Assembly: GCF_004010195.1 (NCBI RefSeq)
Contig: NC_057718.1
Coordinates: 22,924,952 to 22,969,056 of the forward strand
Source of the DNA: Chiloscyllium plagiosum
Taxonomy: Eukaryota
Length of the DNA stretch: 44,105 bases
Reading direction: 5' to 3'
In this document: piece after piece, positions 1 through 11,498 of the stretch
Layout of the letters: the number at the start of each line of letters is the position of its first letter
How positions within the stretch are numbered: position 1 is the first letter of the stretch
Made by a program: the position numbers and the translations under genes
The notes under the pieces: model-generated
What the model was told of the DNA's origin: nothing
The model's input: only the letters and a program-made list of their open reading frames with translations
Databases searched by the model: none

Positions 1-308
1 TGAGACATCTTTATGACCATGATTAAAACTGGGGCAGATGAAAGTTTGTCCTAAATATCAAAATTCCAGAAATAATAATTGGCTTCTGTCGCCATGAATA
101 AAGATTACTCCATTCTTTTGTTTTTATGCAACACTGACAAGTGAAGCATCATTACAGGTGATGTGGAGTGAACAATGACACTTTGTAGCAACTGGAGTTA
201 GAATTTGTTCTAATTACTAATGCATTCGAAGTAGTTAGCCACCTATTGACTTGCTGCTAAATATACTCAGCTTTGGAAATTCAGGAATAATAGTCTTAGT
301 ATTTGCTG

Positions 309-630
309 TCATAGATCATAGAATCCCCACAGTGTAGAAAAAGGCCATTTGTCCCATTGAGTCCGCACTGACCCTCTGAAGAGCATCCCACCCAGACCCA
401 CTCCATTCCCATAACCATGCAATTACCATAGCTAACCAGTCTAGTCTGCACACCACTGGAAACTGTAGGGCATTTTAGCATGGCCAATCCACTTCTTTGG
501 ATTGTGGAAGGTAACCAGAGCACCTAGAGGAAACCCACCCAGACACAGAGAGAACGTGCAACCTCCATGCAGTCACCCAAAACTAGGATCAAACCTGGGT
601 CCCTGGTGCCAACCTCTAGGCCACTGTGCC
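309..630 (-). mobile_element. HE1/V-SINE-type tRNA-derived SINE
   Basis: Reverse complement has a decayed tRNA-like head (GGCACAGTGG...GGGACCCAGGTTTGATCC), a V-domain (GGAGTTGCACGTTCTCTCTGTGTCTGGGTGGGTTTCCTC) and a CR1-like tail ending (TTCTATGA)n. Homologous to 8 other copies in the window. Confidence 0.85.
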
Positions 631-661
631 AAACCATTATGATCTATATATTAGTGGAAGA

Positions 662-812
662 TGAGTCCATCAGAGTTAGATTTGTCAGATTGTGATTTTC
701 GTCATGTTTTCTATTTCTTCACTATTAATAGACAATTTTGAGTGGAATTGGAAGCTTTGTGGAATGAGGAATTTGCTTTTATATCACACCCTCCACAACT
801 TCAGAACATCAA
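662..812. repeat. Inverted duplication, left copy (pairs with 1965-2115)
   Basis: 151 bp that are the reverse complement of 1965-2115, with 7 mismatches by manual alignment. Confidence 0.95.
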
Positions 813-1172
813 CGCCACACTACCTTGGAAAATACCCTGCCTTTTGAAGCTACACCCTATTGACAATAATCGAAACAAATTGTGGAGATGAAAAAGCCAA
901 GGGGAGGAAACCATGCTCCTAACTCTTCTTTATGGTATTATGACTGTCACTGAGAAGGGTTGAAAGAAATTTATATCCTCTAGTAATATGTGTGTGTGAG
1001 CTGATCATATTGTCTACTAATGCTTATTTTCCTTCTCTTCGATTTTGATCTCTCACCTTCTGCATTCTTTTGATCACTTCATTGAGAGACCTCACACTTT
1101 TGCAAATAATGTGTATATTCAGACCCATTCAGGCCTCGAATGGTGTGGATCATAAAGAAGAATAGGGGTTTG

Positions 1173-1656
1173 TAGAGTCATAGAATCATTGAGTTGTACA
1201 GCACGGAAACAGACCCTTTGGTCCAACTTGTCCATGTTGACCAGATATCCTAAATAAATCTAAACCCATTAGCCAGTATTTGGTAGTATTTGGTCCATAT
1301 CCCTCAAAACCCTTCCTATTCATATGCCCATCCAGATGCCTTTTAAATAATTGTTAATGTACCAGCCTCCACCATTTCCTCTGGTAGCTTATTCCATGCA
1401 CACACCACCCTCTACATGAAATTGTTGCCCCTTAGGTCTCTTTGTATCTTTCCCCTCTTACCCTAAACCTATGCTCTCTAGTTTTGGAGTTCTCCACCTT
1501 GGGGAAATGACCTTGTCTATTCACCCTGTCCATGCCCATCATGATTTTATAAACATTGATAAGGTCACCCTCAACTTCTGACATTCCAGGGGGAAATAGT
1601 CCCAGCCTATTCAGGCTCGCCCCATAGCTCAAACCCTCCAACCATGGCAACATCCT
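1173..1656 (-). mobile_element. CR1 (HER1-like) LINE, 5'-truncated 3' end
   Basis: ORF 1432..1659 (RMLPWLEGLSY..LNRLGLF..GDLINVYKIM) is the CR1 ORF2 C-terminus; 3' UTR ends in (CTATGACT)-type repeats. Confidence 0.9.
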
Positions 1657-1659
1657 CAT

Positions 1660-2008
1660 TTCTGGTTCTTTCCAGTGCCCCGATCAATATTCATCCCTCA
1701 AATAATATCAGTACCAGTGATGAATGGACACTGGACTCGAAACATTACCTCTCTTTTCACTCCACGGTTGCTGCCAGATTTGCTGATATTCTCCCGAAAT
1801 TTTTGTTTCAGTTTTTTTCCAGTAAAATAGATTGTTTGCTACCTTTTGCATTGCTTTCAGTGGAACAAGCTGCGTATAGATAAGCCGCCATATTTCTTGA
1901 TATTATAAGAGTAACATTTTTTTAACTATACTTCAAAAAGTGCTCCATCATCTGCAAAGCACTTTTGATGTTCTGAAGTTGTGGAGGGTGTGATATAAAA
2001 GCAAATTC
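1660..2008 (+). mobile_element. Decayed Deu-domain SINE (SacSINE1/AmnSINE1-like), interrupted by a Penelope fragment
   Basis: CAATATTCATCCCTCAA...CATTGCT...ACTATACTTCAAAAAGTGCT...GCAAAGCACTTTTGATGTTCTGAAGTTGTG...ATATAAAAGCAAATT follows the recalled DeuSINE body and 3' tail. Possibly continues upstream of the CR1 at about 1100-1170. Confidence 0.55.
1715..1822 (+). mobile_element. Penelope-like element terminal (pLTR) fragment with degenerate hammerhead motif
   Basis: GTGATGAA-TGGACACTGGACTC-GAAA-CATTA followed by CTCCACGGTTGCTGCCAGATTTGCTGA...TTTTTGTTTCAG; homologous to 2103-2186, 8044-8143 and 34180-34270. Confidence 0.7.
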
Positions 2009-2115
2009 CTCATTGCACATAGCTTCCAATTCCACTCAAAATTGTCTATTAATAGTGAAGAAGTAGAAAGCATGGTGAAAATCACAATCTGACAAATCTA
2101 ATTCTGATGGACTCA
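1965..2115. repeat. Inverted duplication, right copy (pairs with 662-812)
   Basis: Reverse complement of 662-812, ~95% identical. Confidence 0.95.
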
Positions 2116-2186
2116 AAATGTTAACTGTGTTTCTCTCTCCAGAGTGCTGCCAGACCTGCTTCCTCCAGCACTTTCTGTTTTTTGTT
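2103..2186 (+). mobile_element. Penelope-like terminal fragment (hammerhead stem II deleted)
   Basis: TCTGATG^GACTCAAAATGTTAACTGTGTTTCTCTCTCCAGAGTGCTGCCAGACCTGCT..CTCCAGCACTTTCTGTTTTT. Confidence 0.7.
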
Positions 2187-2204
2187 ATTTATGATAAAAA
2201 GAAA

Positions 2205-3461
2205 TCAGCCTGACAAATTTACTAGAATTCCTTGAGAAGGTAACAAGCAAGAAAGATAAAAGGGACCCAGTGGATGTAATGTAGTTGATTTGTCAGAAGG
2301 TGTTTTCTAACATTATATATATCTATCTCCTTAATAAGATGAGAGCCCATGGGCAAAAAAATTGGCAGATAGAATATAAAGTGGGAAATGTGAGATTCTG
2401 GACTTTGGCGGAAACAATGAAGGAGTTGAATATTATTTAAAATGAGAAAGACTATATAAAACTACAGAACTGAGGGATTTTGGAGTCCTCAAACATGATT
2501 CACAATGAGCAAGCAACAAAGTTCATTAGGAAATAGAGAAGGCAAATAAAGTGTTATTTATTTCAAAAGGAATGGGCATGTAGTAAGGAGGTTTTCCAGA
2601 GCTTTGCAAGGCATTTGACAGTCCATAGCTGGTTTACAGTGAACAGCTTTGTATCCCTGATCTAAGGAAAGATGTACTGACATTGGAATTGAATTGAATT
2701 TATGGTCATGTGTACCAAGGCACAGTGAAAAGCAAAGGAGGCAAGCCATAGAAGATTCACTAAGTTGATTGCAGGTAAGACGGGATTGTCTTATTAAGGG
2801 CAACTGAGTAGATTGGGTCTGAACTCAGTAGAGTTTAGAAGTCTGAAAGCTGGCCTTCCTGAAAGATTGAATCATAGAATCCCTACAGTGTGGAAGCTGG
2901 CCATTTGTTACATCGAGTCTACACCAACTCTCCAAAGAGCATCCCTCCTAGACCCACTCCCTACCCTAACCTTGCATCTCCCATGGCCAATCCACCTAGC
3001 CTACACAGCCCTGGACACTATGGGCAACTTAACATGGCCAAACCACCGAACTTGCATATCTTTTGATTGTAGGAGGAAACCAAGTTACCCGGAGGAAACA
3101 CACACATACAACATTCCTTGGGTACTTGACATGGTAGCTGTGGAAATGTTATTTCCTTTTGTGGGAGATTCTAGGACCTGAAGGCATAATCTGAGAGTAA
3201 GGGGTCACCCATTTAAGACAGAGATGGGGTGGAACTTTTTTCTCCCAGAAGGTTGTGTACCCGTGTAATTGTTTACCACAGAGCACTGTGGAGCATGGGT
3301 CATTAAATGGGTCAAGAATGTGATAGATAGATTTATCATTCAGGTATTCAAGGGTTATTGGGGAAAGGCTGTAAAGTGGAATTAAGGATTAACAAATGTG
3401 CCATAATCTCATTGAATGGTGGAGCAGTACGTTTGCTCCTACATCTCATGGTCCTATGGTC
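2205..3461 (+). mobile_element. Old, heavily deleted CR1 LINE (RT region to 3' end), interrupted by a SINE
   Basis: Begins with a decayed 'LTNLLEFLEKVT..DVM' RT motif (CTGACAAATTTACTAGAATTCCTTGAGAAGGTAAC); ends TTGCTCCTACATCTCATGGTCCTATGGTCT. Confidence 0.75.
2866..3108 (-). mobile_element. HE1/V-SINE-type SINE, 5'-truncated
   Basis: CATAGAATCCCTACAGTGTGGAAG...GGAGGAAACCAAGTTACCCGGAGGAAAC matches the other copies. Confidence 0.8.
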
Positions 3462-3574
3462 TTTAATGCAACAATCCTAAATAAGGTTAAAGGCTATATA
3501 TTTCACTGAGAGGAACAGTTGAATGACTTCTTTCTGTGATGGGCATCTTTACAATGCTAAGTATTGCCTGGGAA

Positions 3575-3662
3575 GTGCGTCTAGCTGGGTAGCTCTTTCA
3601 AGAGCTGGTACAGACATGATGAGTCAAATGGCCTCCTCTGCATTGTAACATTCTATGATTCT
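3575..3662 (+). mobile_element. CR1-type LINE/SINE 3' tail fragment
   Basis: CAGACATGATGAGTCAAATGGCCTCCTCTGCATTGTAACATTCTATGATTCT is a CR1-type terminus. Confidence 0.6.
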
Positions 3663-4717
3663 AAGTAACATTATGCCTCACTTAAAGCACAAAGAAGCGA
3701 CTGAATATTTCTGAAAGTTCTGACCTCCAGGACATGGGAACTAGTGCATATTAAATGAACTCTTAGCAACTAATCAGATTTTCATGGAGTGCCTCCTGAG
3801 GTATTGAATGGACAGCTCAAGACAATCATATTGCCTGAGCCGTTGCTAAGTAAAATGGAGATGGCAAGAAAGCAATATCCATGGGAAATTTATGTGCAAG
3901 CACAAAATGTTTTCTACCATTCTGAAACAGGAACAAGAAGTTGTTTCTTCAAGTTCTTTGTTGCAATTAGGCTGCAGTCAGCCTCAAAGAGTTAATGGAT
4001 AAGAAGCACCTCAGAGTAAATTAAATTAGGATTCTCAACAGAGTGAGGCTGTGTCATGAGATATCAAGTTAGTCTGTGGCTCAGCCACCTCAGTAATATC
4101 TTGTAAAAGTGTACGTGTATAGAAGATAAGAGTTGGCTGATTTTCACTTTCAGGCACACTGACAATTTCAGTTCACTGAACCTAGGTAGCCATTGCCAAT
4201 AATAACTAGCAGCTGATCTGAAAAACGGTTTGAGAGAAACTAAAGAAGGAACTGTAATCCATGTTAATTAAATCCCATTAGAGCATCTAATGACTGTGTG
4301 AATTTTTTTTTCTGTTTTCAATCTAAAATCAAAGACTTGTGTCTTTCAATCCACATGGGCACTGGGGTTTACTTATCTCCGCTCTACATTTCCATTTGGT
4401 AGATAAATAGAGTAATTAAAATGCATTTAATCACTGAACTGTTACTGACTTATTTTAGAATTACATAATTTGCAAAAAAAAGTGCACAGTTTAAAAAATA
4501 GTAATGTTTGTTAGTGTGTGTGCTGATTTGAGGCAGTAAAGTGATGAGTTTGTATCACACTCAATTTTGCATTAATCAGAATATAAGTGTTCTATTGGTG
4601 TAAAAGCTCACACATTTTGGGCTTTTATATTGACAATGTAATTTTATACTATACAGTGTCAGGATGATACTAGTACATGCCTAGTCTGACATTGGAATCA
4701 GTTTTTAGTCGTTTCCT

Positions 4718-4910
4718 ATTCAAGTCGCCATAGTGGAAGAGAATCATTGTAGCTGGTCTCTCATTAGAGAAAGATGTTTGGGATGGTTTAACCTGAGGAT
4801 TATCACAACTCAGACACATGGTGACATTGATAAGGCAAGATCTTCATGGTAACCTAAGCCAGAGCCGGAGTTGACCAATGGTATCACTCTGTGTTGCAGA
4901 CCCATCTATT
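4718..4910 (-). mobile_element. Decayed tRNA-derived SINE (second family; 5' head also at 11038-11120)
   Basis: Reverse complement reads CAGAGTGATACC..GGTCAACTCCGGCTCTGGCTTAGGTTACCATGAAG...CCTCAGGTTAAACCA...CTAATGAGAGACCAGC...ACTATGGCGACT; recognised as a recurrent shark SINE from memory. Confidence 0.5.
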
Positions 4911-5855
4911 TCCATTAGGACAATCTCACTAGCTGCATTTGTGTTCTCAAGCTTCTTCCGTATTGGCCAGGTTTCAAGTTACTGAGGTCATGAGCTCACA
5001 AACTGAGAGTTGACCCTTGTCAAAACTCCAGGCATCAAACTGGATAATACATTGTTTGTCAACAGTCCCAGCTGTTTGTATTTATAATGTTTTCTGACAT
5101 TGCAAAGAAAAATAGCAGTTAACAACAAGCAGAAGAGAGGCATTGAAACTGGATAGGTCTGGGGGATTGATGGACTTGTTGTGACACTCATTGCAAGCAC
5201 TCTTTTACTGTTGGTTCAGGCAGTCAAAAACAACAGTGCAGACAAGATTAAACTGGCCACAAGGTGCCGATTGGCATTTGGACATTGGACCAATTATTGA
5301 TTGTGAAGGCCTTCTGCCTGCCAACAGTGATGTGATTATTTCTCAGGTAGCTAACTCACTTTAGGCTGTGAAAAAGGCACTAACATTCAGCAGCTCAGCA
5401 ACTCTCTTTGTTCTCTGCAGTAAATGTTTCTTTAAGGCTAAACAAAAATCAATTTAATTTTCCTTCAGCAGTAGCTGTAAGCTGTGGCTTTTAATGAATG
5501 AGTCAGAGACCTTTTATAGTTGTGAACCACCCAGTGCCTCTTGCAAACCAGTGAAAGCATCCTGAGAAAAAAGACCAAGGCGTGACATTATGATCAGCAC
5601 ACCAACTATCTCAGCACATCATGTGAATAGGGACCACTGAAATGTGTTTTCTTCTGCCTTTAATACCAATTTCTTTTACCCTGTCTGTGTCTGACACATC
5701 TTTATGTTTAAGTGGGAGCTTATAAAGGATTAAAATTTTAACTAGTGAAGTTTTATGCTGACTGTTCATTATTATTTATGTGCTGTGAGAGTCTACTTAC
5801 TCATAATAAATACTGATTCTAATTAAGTACAGAAAACTATGCACATGTCTGTGAG

Positions 5856-6135
5856 TCTATAGAATGCCTACAGTGTAGAAGCAGGCCATTCAGCCCATCA
5901 AGTCCACCTTGATCCTCTGAAGAGCAGTCCACCCAGACCCACCCCATCCCTGTATTTCCCATGGCAATCCACCTATCTTTGGACTGTGGGAGGAAACCAG
6001 AGTATCCCAAGGAAACCCAGGCAGACATGGGGAGAACGTGCAAACTCCACACAGAAGGTCACCCAAGGACGGAATTGAATCAAGGTTCCTGGTGCTGTGA
6101 GGAAGCAGTACTAACCACTGAGTCATTGTCCCAAC
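5856..6135 (-). mobile_element. HE1/V-SINE-type SINE
   Basis: A-box-like head (TGACTCAGTGGTTAGTACTGCT), V-domain and CR1-like tail on the minus strand. Confidence 0.88.
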
Positions 6136-8043
6136 CCATGCTGTATTGGGTGCTTTCTATTCACCTCAATCTAATGGTCAGGTAAATGGGAATCTCACAT
6201 ACTTCTAAAACATCGTTTACTTTTGTGACAACCTCAGGAAAAGCAGATCTTGATTTCTAGTGAACTACTCCAGTGAGGTGTGATACCAATTCTGTGAACA
6301 TCCCCAGTCATACATGGCTGGCTTGCTGAATACGAAAAAAAACATGCAAATAACTAAAGAGTTGCATCAGACATGCTTAGAGGATATGAAGTGAGAATCT
6401 TTTAACTAAGGTCCTGATAGTGAGGAAGAGAATTTGAAGTTATTGCACATCAGGCAGAGCCAGTGGTAATGAAATGTGCATTCAAATGTTGAGATCTTGT
6501 ATTGTATTTAAAATGTTTCCCAATTTAATATGGTTCCAAGTCAGATACTCCAAACTGTCAAGCTCCCAGGTGAGGAGGGATGAATTGACTTCCCTTCTTT
6601 ATTCACACCCCTCCTCCATTGGTCACAACCAGGTCAATCAAAAAGCATCCCTTCCTTCGTGTAAACCTTTCTCCCAGACCAAGTCAATTTGTGTTTTGAA
6701 AAGGAGAAATTTAACCAGAATTTCTTGAATTAGCAAAAGAGTGAGTTAATTCGTTCTATGATGTGAGAAGAAATAACGTCACAAGACGCAGACACAGATT
6801 GGAAATGGGGAGTAAGTCCAATAAAAGATACAAGTCAGAACATTTACAAATCAGTCTTTGAGTCATTTGTGAAGAATAGATAGTGGAACATTGATAGTTG
6901 AACAGTCAATTTCAAAATTCTTGGCTCAATTTTTTTTTGTCCTATTTCCCTTTGGAACTGGTTTGATAATCACCCAGAAATATAGAAGGGGCTTATTAGT
7001 GTTCTGGCCTGGAATCACAACACTACCCAATCTTTGCACCTGTGCCTTGCCTACCAACATTCAGAGTAAGAGTTTGCTTTAACTGCAAAGCAGGGGATGA
7101 CTAGTGAATATTTACTTGGCTGTGAATTTCACAGCACACTAGTGATCAAACTCAGGCTAGTATACATGAGTATCTAAGCTGAATAGCACACAGCAGCTCC
7201 CCAGCACACTAAAAACAAAGACCAGGGGTGAGACTGACTTTTAATCTATATCCTTGTTAATTTTTGAAAGGTGAAAATGTGAATATGTCTCTTGCCCAGT
7301 CTACTGTTCTTTCTCCCATCATGCTCACAGTCAGCAACACTCATAGGAGATTTCAGTTCAATATAAAGTGCATTTCTCCCTTTTAAATTTCCTTGATAAC
7401 TTCAACTACAACATTTCAAGATTCCTCACCAGCCAAGAGCTGAATTTACATCTGCAGACATCTTTTGGCTGTATACTAATTTTTTTTAACAATTAAAACT
7501 TCAATATGGTCCTGACAAAAATTATGTCTGTCATGTGAAGCAGTGAGGCTAGGGGCTGTGTTGTGAGATGTGTAATTTATACGTTAATATAACTTAGACT
7601 TCTGATTTTGAACGAGTGACATGTGAGCTTTAGTCTGTGTGTATAAAGGAGTTTAATGCTTAACTCATTAATATTTCTGGAGCCATTTTTTTGTTAAACC
7701 AGCAAGCAAGATGTTGTTCATGGGATGATAATGGAATCTAGTTTGCATTGGAAATGTTTTATGAGGAAATTGAGTAAATGTTGCTTTACATTTAGAAGGA
7801 TCAGACTTCTTTTTGCTTTGAGAGAAACTCTAATTTGGTTTCATTTTGTAGAGGTTATGGTGGAAGTTAGATGAGTGATGCAGTTTGTCCCGAAGCTGTG
7901 TTGGTTTAGCATTACATCAAGGGCTCCATTGACTTTGACTCAACTTCAGGCAATAGTTGGATTGTTGGATTCAAGATATGCATGAATGGTAGAGTATGCC
8001 ACAGAGAATAGCTTCCTTTTTTTCCCCAAAATTAGGCTAGAGG

Positions 8044-8143
8044 ACACAAAAACAGAAAATGGTGGATAAACTAAGCAGGTCTGGTAGCATCTGTGCAGCG
8101 AAAGCAGAGTTAAGGTTATAGGTGCAGTGACACTTTTTCAGTC
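8044..8143 (-). mobile_element. Penelope-like terminal fragment, degenerate hammerhead
   Basis: Reverse complement CTGAAAAAGTGTCACTGCACCTATAACCTTAACTCTGCTTTCGCTGCACAGATGCTACCAGACCTGCT...TTTCTGTTTTTG. Confidence 0.7.
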
Positions 8144-9040
8144 TGGAGGATATTGGACACAACGTGGGCCTGACATCACATTCCCTTTGACTACTGCTAC
8201 CTTCTGTAAAGCAGAAGTCCCCAAACTATACATTGAGACCTTGAAAAACCAAGTACTGAGTTGCTTAAAAAAATGTTAGAGACCACTCCACTCTCCCCTC
8301 CAATGTGAACACTTTCTCCCCAGGTTAAATGGCTGACTGGAAAACCTAAATATCATAACTTCTCATAAAAATGATTGAAATGAAAATGGTTACTCATGCA
8401 TCATTATTGACAAAGCAGCTGCTATTAAGTATCGTTCAGATGTCAATGCTTTTGTTTATTGCGCATTGAGAGGTCTCTCATTGCCCTTTCTGTTTTAGCC
8501 ATTAGCAAATAATGATTAATAAAACCAAAGCAACATTGACATGTGTTTTGTAACAGGCTTTGAACACTGAGAGCAGTTTTACAGCATTAATGTCCAACCC
8601 AATGTCACCTCTTGTTTACACAATTTGACAGTGTAACCAGGTGGCTTCGTATTTATTCATTATTAATAACTGCCTTTTAAATGTGCAAAATGTGTTCTCA
8701 CAGCCTTTGAATTGTTAAGGTACATTGTTTACAATTGAAAAGATGTGCTTTCAAGGAAAGGACACCCTTTTGAATCTTTGATTGCATAGAAAGGGCTTTT
8801 AAACATTTATTACCAGAAATGTGTTGGTCTGGAATGGGAAATCCTGTTTGTAAGTGACCAACCTGGGAAAAACCCAATGCAGTCTCTCATCAGTTAAGCT
8901 CACCCTGCCTCTTTAATTACCACACCCATCCGCCCACACCCAGCTGCACCAGCTTTAGAATTCCTGGTAATTAATGGCCATATCTGTGTTTAATAGCTCC
9001 TGCTGTGGAATTAATGTGAGGTATGGAATCTGAGTGCAAA

Positions 9041-9557
9041 CAGGTCATTCTGCCATAACACGCATTTCATTAAGGCAAATTCATTATAACACAACTGCCA
9101 TTTCTAAAGCATAAACTCTTAAAATGAGCATTGGCTATAACATGATTGCATCGCCAGCACTTTAAGCGCTGTTTCTAAAGTGCGATTTTTGTACAACACG
9201 GAGTTGCACAAGATCACAACCATCGCGTTATACAAGATTAGATTCCCTACAGTATGGAAACAGGCCATTTGGCCCAACAAATCCACACTGACCCTCTGTA
9301 GAGTAACCCACCTGGAACCATTCACATACCCTATATTTACCCCTGACTAATGCACTTAACTCCATAAGCAAGTTAGCATGGCTAATTCACCTAACCTGCA
9401 CATTTTCAGATTCTGGGAGGAAATTGGAGCACCCGGAGGAAACCCACGCAGACACAGGGAGAATGTGCAAACTTGACACAGACAGTCGCCCGAGGCAGGA
9501 ATCAAACTCGGGTTCCTGGTGCTGTGAGCCAACATGCCACCCTTTAAGATCAACCTG
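9041..9557. mobile_element. Tc1/mariner (Tigger-like) MITE with a SINE inserted in its right TIR
   Basis: Left end CAGGTCATTCTGCCATAACACG; right end split as CGCGTTATA (9224-9232) and GATCAACCTG (9548-9557), followed by TA; internal ATAAC subterminal repeats. Confidence 0.6.
9238..9543 (-). mobile_element. HE1/V-SINE-type SINE
   Basis: GGAGCACCCGGAGGAAACCCACGCAGACACAGGGAGAATGTGCAAACT (V-domain, reverse strand); tRNA head near 9500-9543. Confidence 0.9.
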
Positions 9558-10689
9558 TATCCAATAATGAATGCATTTACCGGGGACACAGATGGAGTGC
9601 AGATGCACAAAATCTTTATGCCCACCATTGAATTGTGAATGAACAGGAGATTTGAGCTCGACTGTTTACATGAAGCCAGAAAACAAATGATTTGCAACTG
9701 GCTATAAAATAATGTCTTCAGTGCTGTTTCTTTGAACTAAGATGAGAGCCTATTAAGGTAGATTTTCAGCTCATCTGCACTGGTATAGCAGATACAGAAC
9801 AGACACAGGGAAAGCAAAAATCACCAGAAATAGCTTAAGGCATAAAATTAATGGACAGAAAATCCTGCAGAACCGGCTCACCTCCATATTCAAATTCCAG
9901 TTATAAGCTCCTAGTGCATTTGGAGCATTAATTCATTAAATCTACCCTTTCATCTCATCATGTCATTAAGATTCTGGAATGTGTGCAGAAATAAATTGTC
10001 CCCAGCTCTTTACTTAGCTTTGACAGTCAGCCTGTTTTTTTTTTCTCTCTGCAGAGCTTACTTCAAATGAGTGAAAGGGAAGATTTAGATTTTTGAAATG
10101 CAACTTGTACATTTTCATTCCATTTCTTTTTAGGAGAGAGATAGGCCCGTACATTCAGCCATCCAGCACTCATTCCCCAGGCACTAACTGGCTTGCTAAA
10201 CCCCAAAGCAGTGGATGGAAATTTTTGGTTGGAAATGGGGAAGAAGATAAAAGGCATGCTTAGATTTTATCTGAAGCTAATGTTATTCTTTCCTGTTTGA
10301 GGCTTCCACTTGAAGATTAGTTTGGCCTGAAGCCATTGGTTGCACCAGGGAAGACCATGGCTTGGGATCACCTCAGTTAAGAAGTTAGTCTTTTCACATT
10401 TATTTACATGAATGATTCAAGACTGCTCTCCTCAACTCCATACCTGATTTGCCCACTGATTGCTGCCACTCCTGATTGCCAAATTCATTCATTCGATTTC
10501 CCTTTAGTTTCCAAGATGGCTCCTTCTGACATGTATATTGTGCATTCTAATGTGACTGTGAAGCCTGATTGTAGACTGGAATGTTGTTCCACAGAGTGAG
10601 TAAGGATGAATTGTTTGATTTTGTTGCTGTCGTGTGGTCTTTCTACACTGCCTTTTGTTGTCGATATTTTATCTCTTCATTTGTGGATG

Positions 10690-11015
10690 CAAGCATTTTT
10701 TGCCAATTTCTAATTACCCTTGAACTGAATAGCTCACCAGGGTCATTTTGGAGGGTAGTTAAGAGTCAGCCTCATTGTTGGGGGTCTGCAGTCATATGTA
10801 CACTAAAACGAGGATGAATTTCCTTCCATAAATGGCATTAGTCAACCAGATGGATTTTTATGACAATCAACAATAGCTTCATTGAAAAACTGAGACCAGC
10901 TTTTAATTCCAGATTTCTCAATTGAATACAATTTTCCATGACCAGCAGTGATCTCATTTGAACCCACACCCCAAGGTCTTAGGTCATTAAGTCCAGTGAC
11001 ATTACTACTATGCTA
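10690..11015 (-). mobile_element. tRNA-derived SINE (third family) sharing its 3' tail with the LINE at 11128 and 32528
   Basis: Homologous to 30915-31235 (GAGGGTAGTTAAGAGTCA, TTCCTTCC.TAAA.GGCATTAGT.AACCAGATGG, ATTCCAGATT, ATTTGAACCC). Confidence 0.7.
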
Positions 11016-11037
11016 CCAGTGTAAGGTGTAATGTGTT

Positions 11038-11120
11038 GGGGTTTAGCTAGCTCAGTAGGCTGGATAGCTAATTTGTGATGTCAACGGTAAGGGTTTAATA
11101 CACACACTAGCTGAGATTAT
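11038..11120 (+). mobile_element. 5' head of a tRNA-derived SINE (same family as 4718-4910), interrupted by a LINE
   Basis: TAGCTCAGTAGGCTGGATAGCT A-box-like head, then GGGTTTAAT..CTGAGATTA; appears to resume as ACCATGA at about 11454. Confidence 0.45.
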
Positions 11121-11127
11121 TAGATAC

Positions 11128-11447
11128 ATTGCAGAAATTCACTAAAGATCCTTCGAAAGCAACTTCCAAATCCACAACCACTGCCATCTAGAAGGATAAG
11201 GGCAATTGACAAATAGGAATACCACCACCTTCAAGTTTCCCTCCAAGCCACTTGCCATCCTGACTTGGAAATATATTGCCGTTACTTCACTATCACTGGG
11301 TCAAGACCCTGAAGGTTCCTCTCGAATGGGTCTACCCACAGCAGTGGTTCAAGATGGCAGCTCATCACCATCTCCTCTAGGGCAGTTAGGCATGGGCAAT
11401 AAACACTGGCCAGCCAGAAATGCCCACATCCCATGAGTGAATAAAAG
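11128..11447 (+). mobile_element. CR1/L2-group LINE 3' end (second family)
   Basis: Clearly homologous to 32803-33124 (GCAGAAATTCAC..AAG, CATCCTGACTTGGAAATATAT, GGGCAATAAA..CTGGCCAGCCAG..CCCACATC, A-rich end). Confidence 0.8.
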
Positions 11448-11498
11448 ATAATGACCATGACAGCGCCTGCCTTTCCTGCTCCTTTCATAAGCAGGTGC

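Noticed and set aside
10035..10096. Strong splice-acceptor-like T-tract plus CAG followed by SLLQMSEREDLDF*
   Set aside because: No recognisable homology and no partner exon; cannot be supported without RNA-seq.
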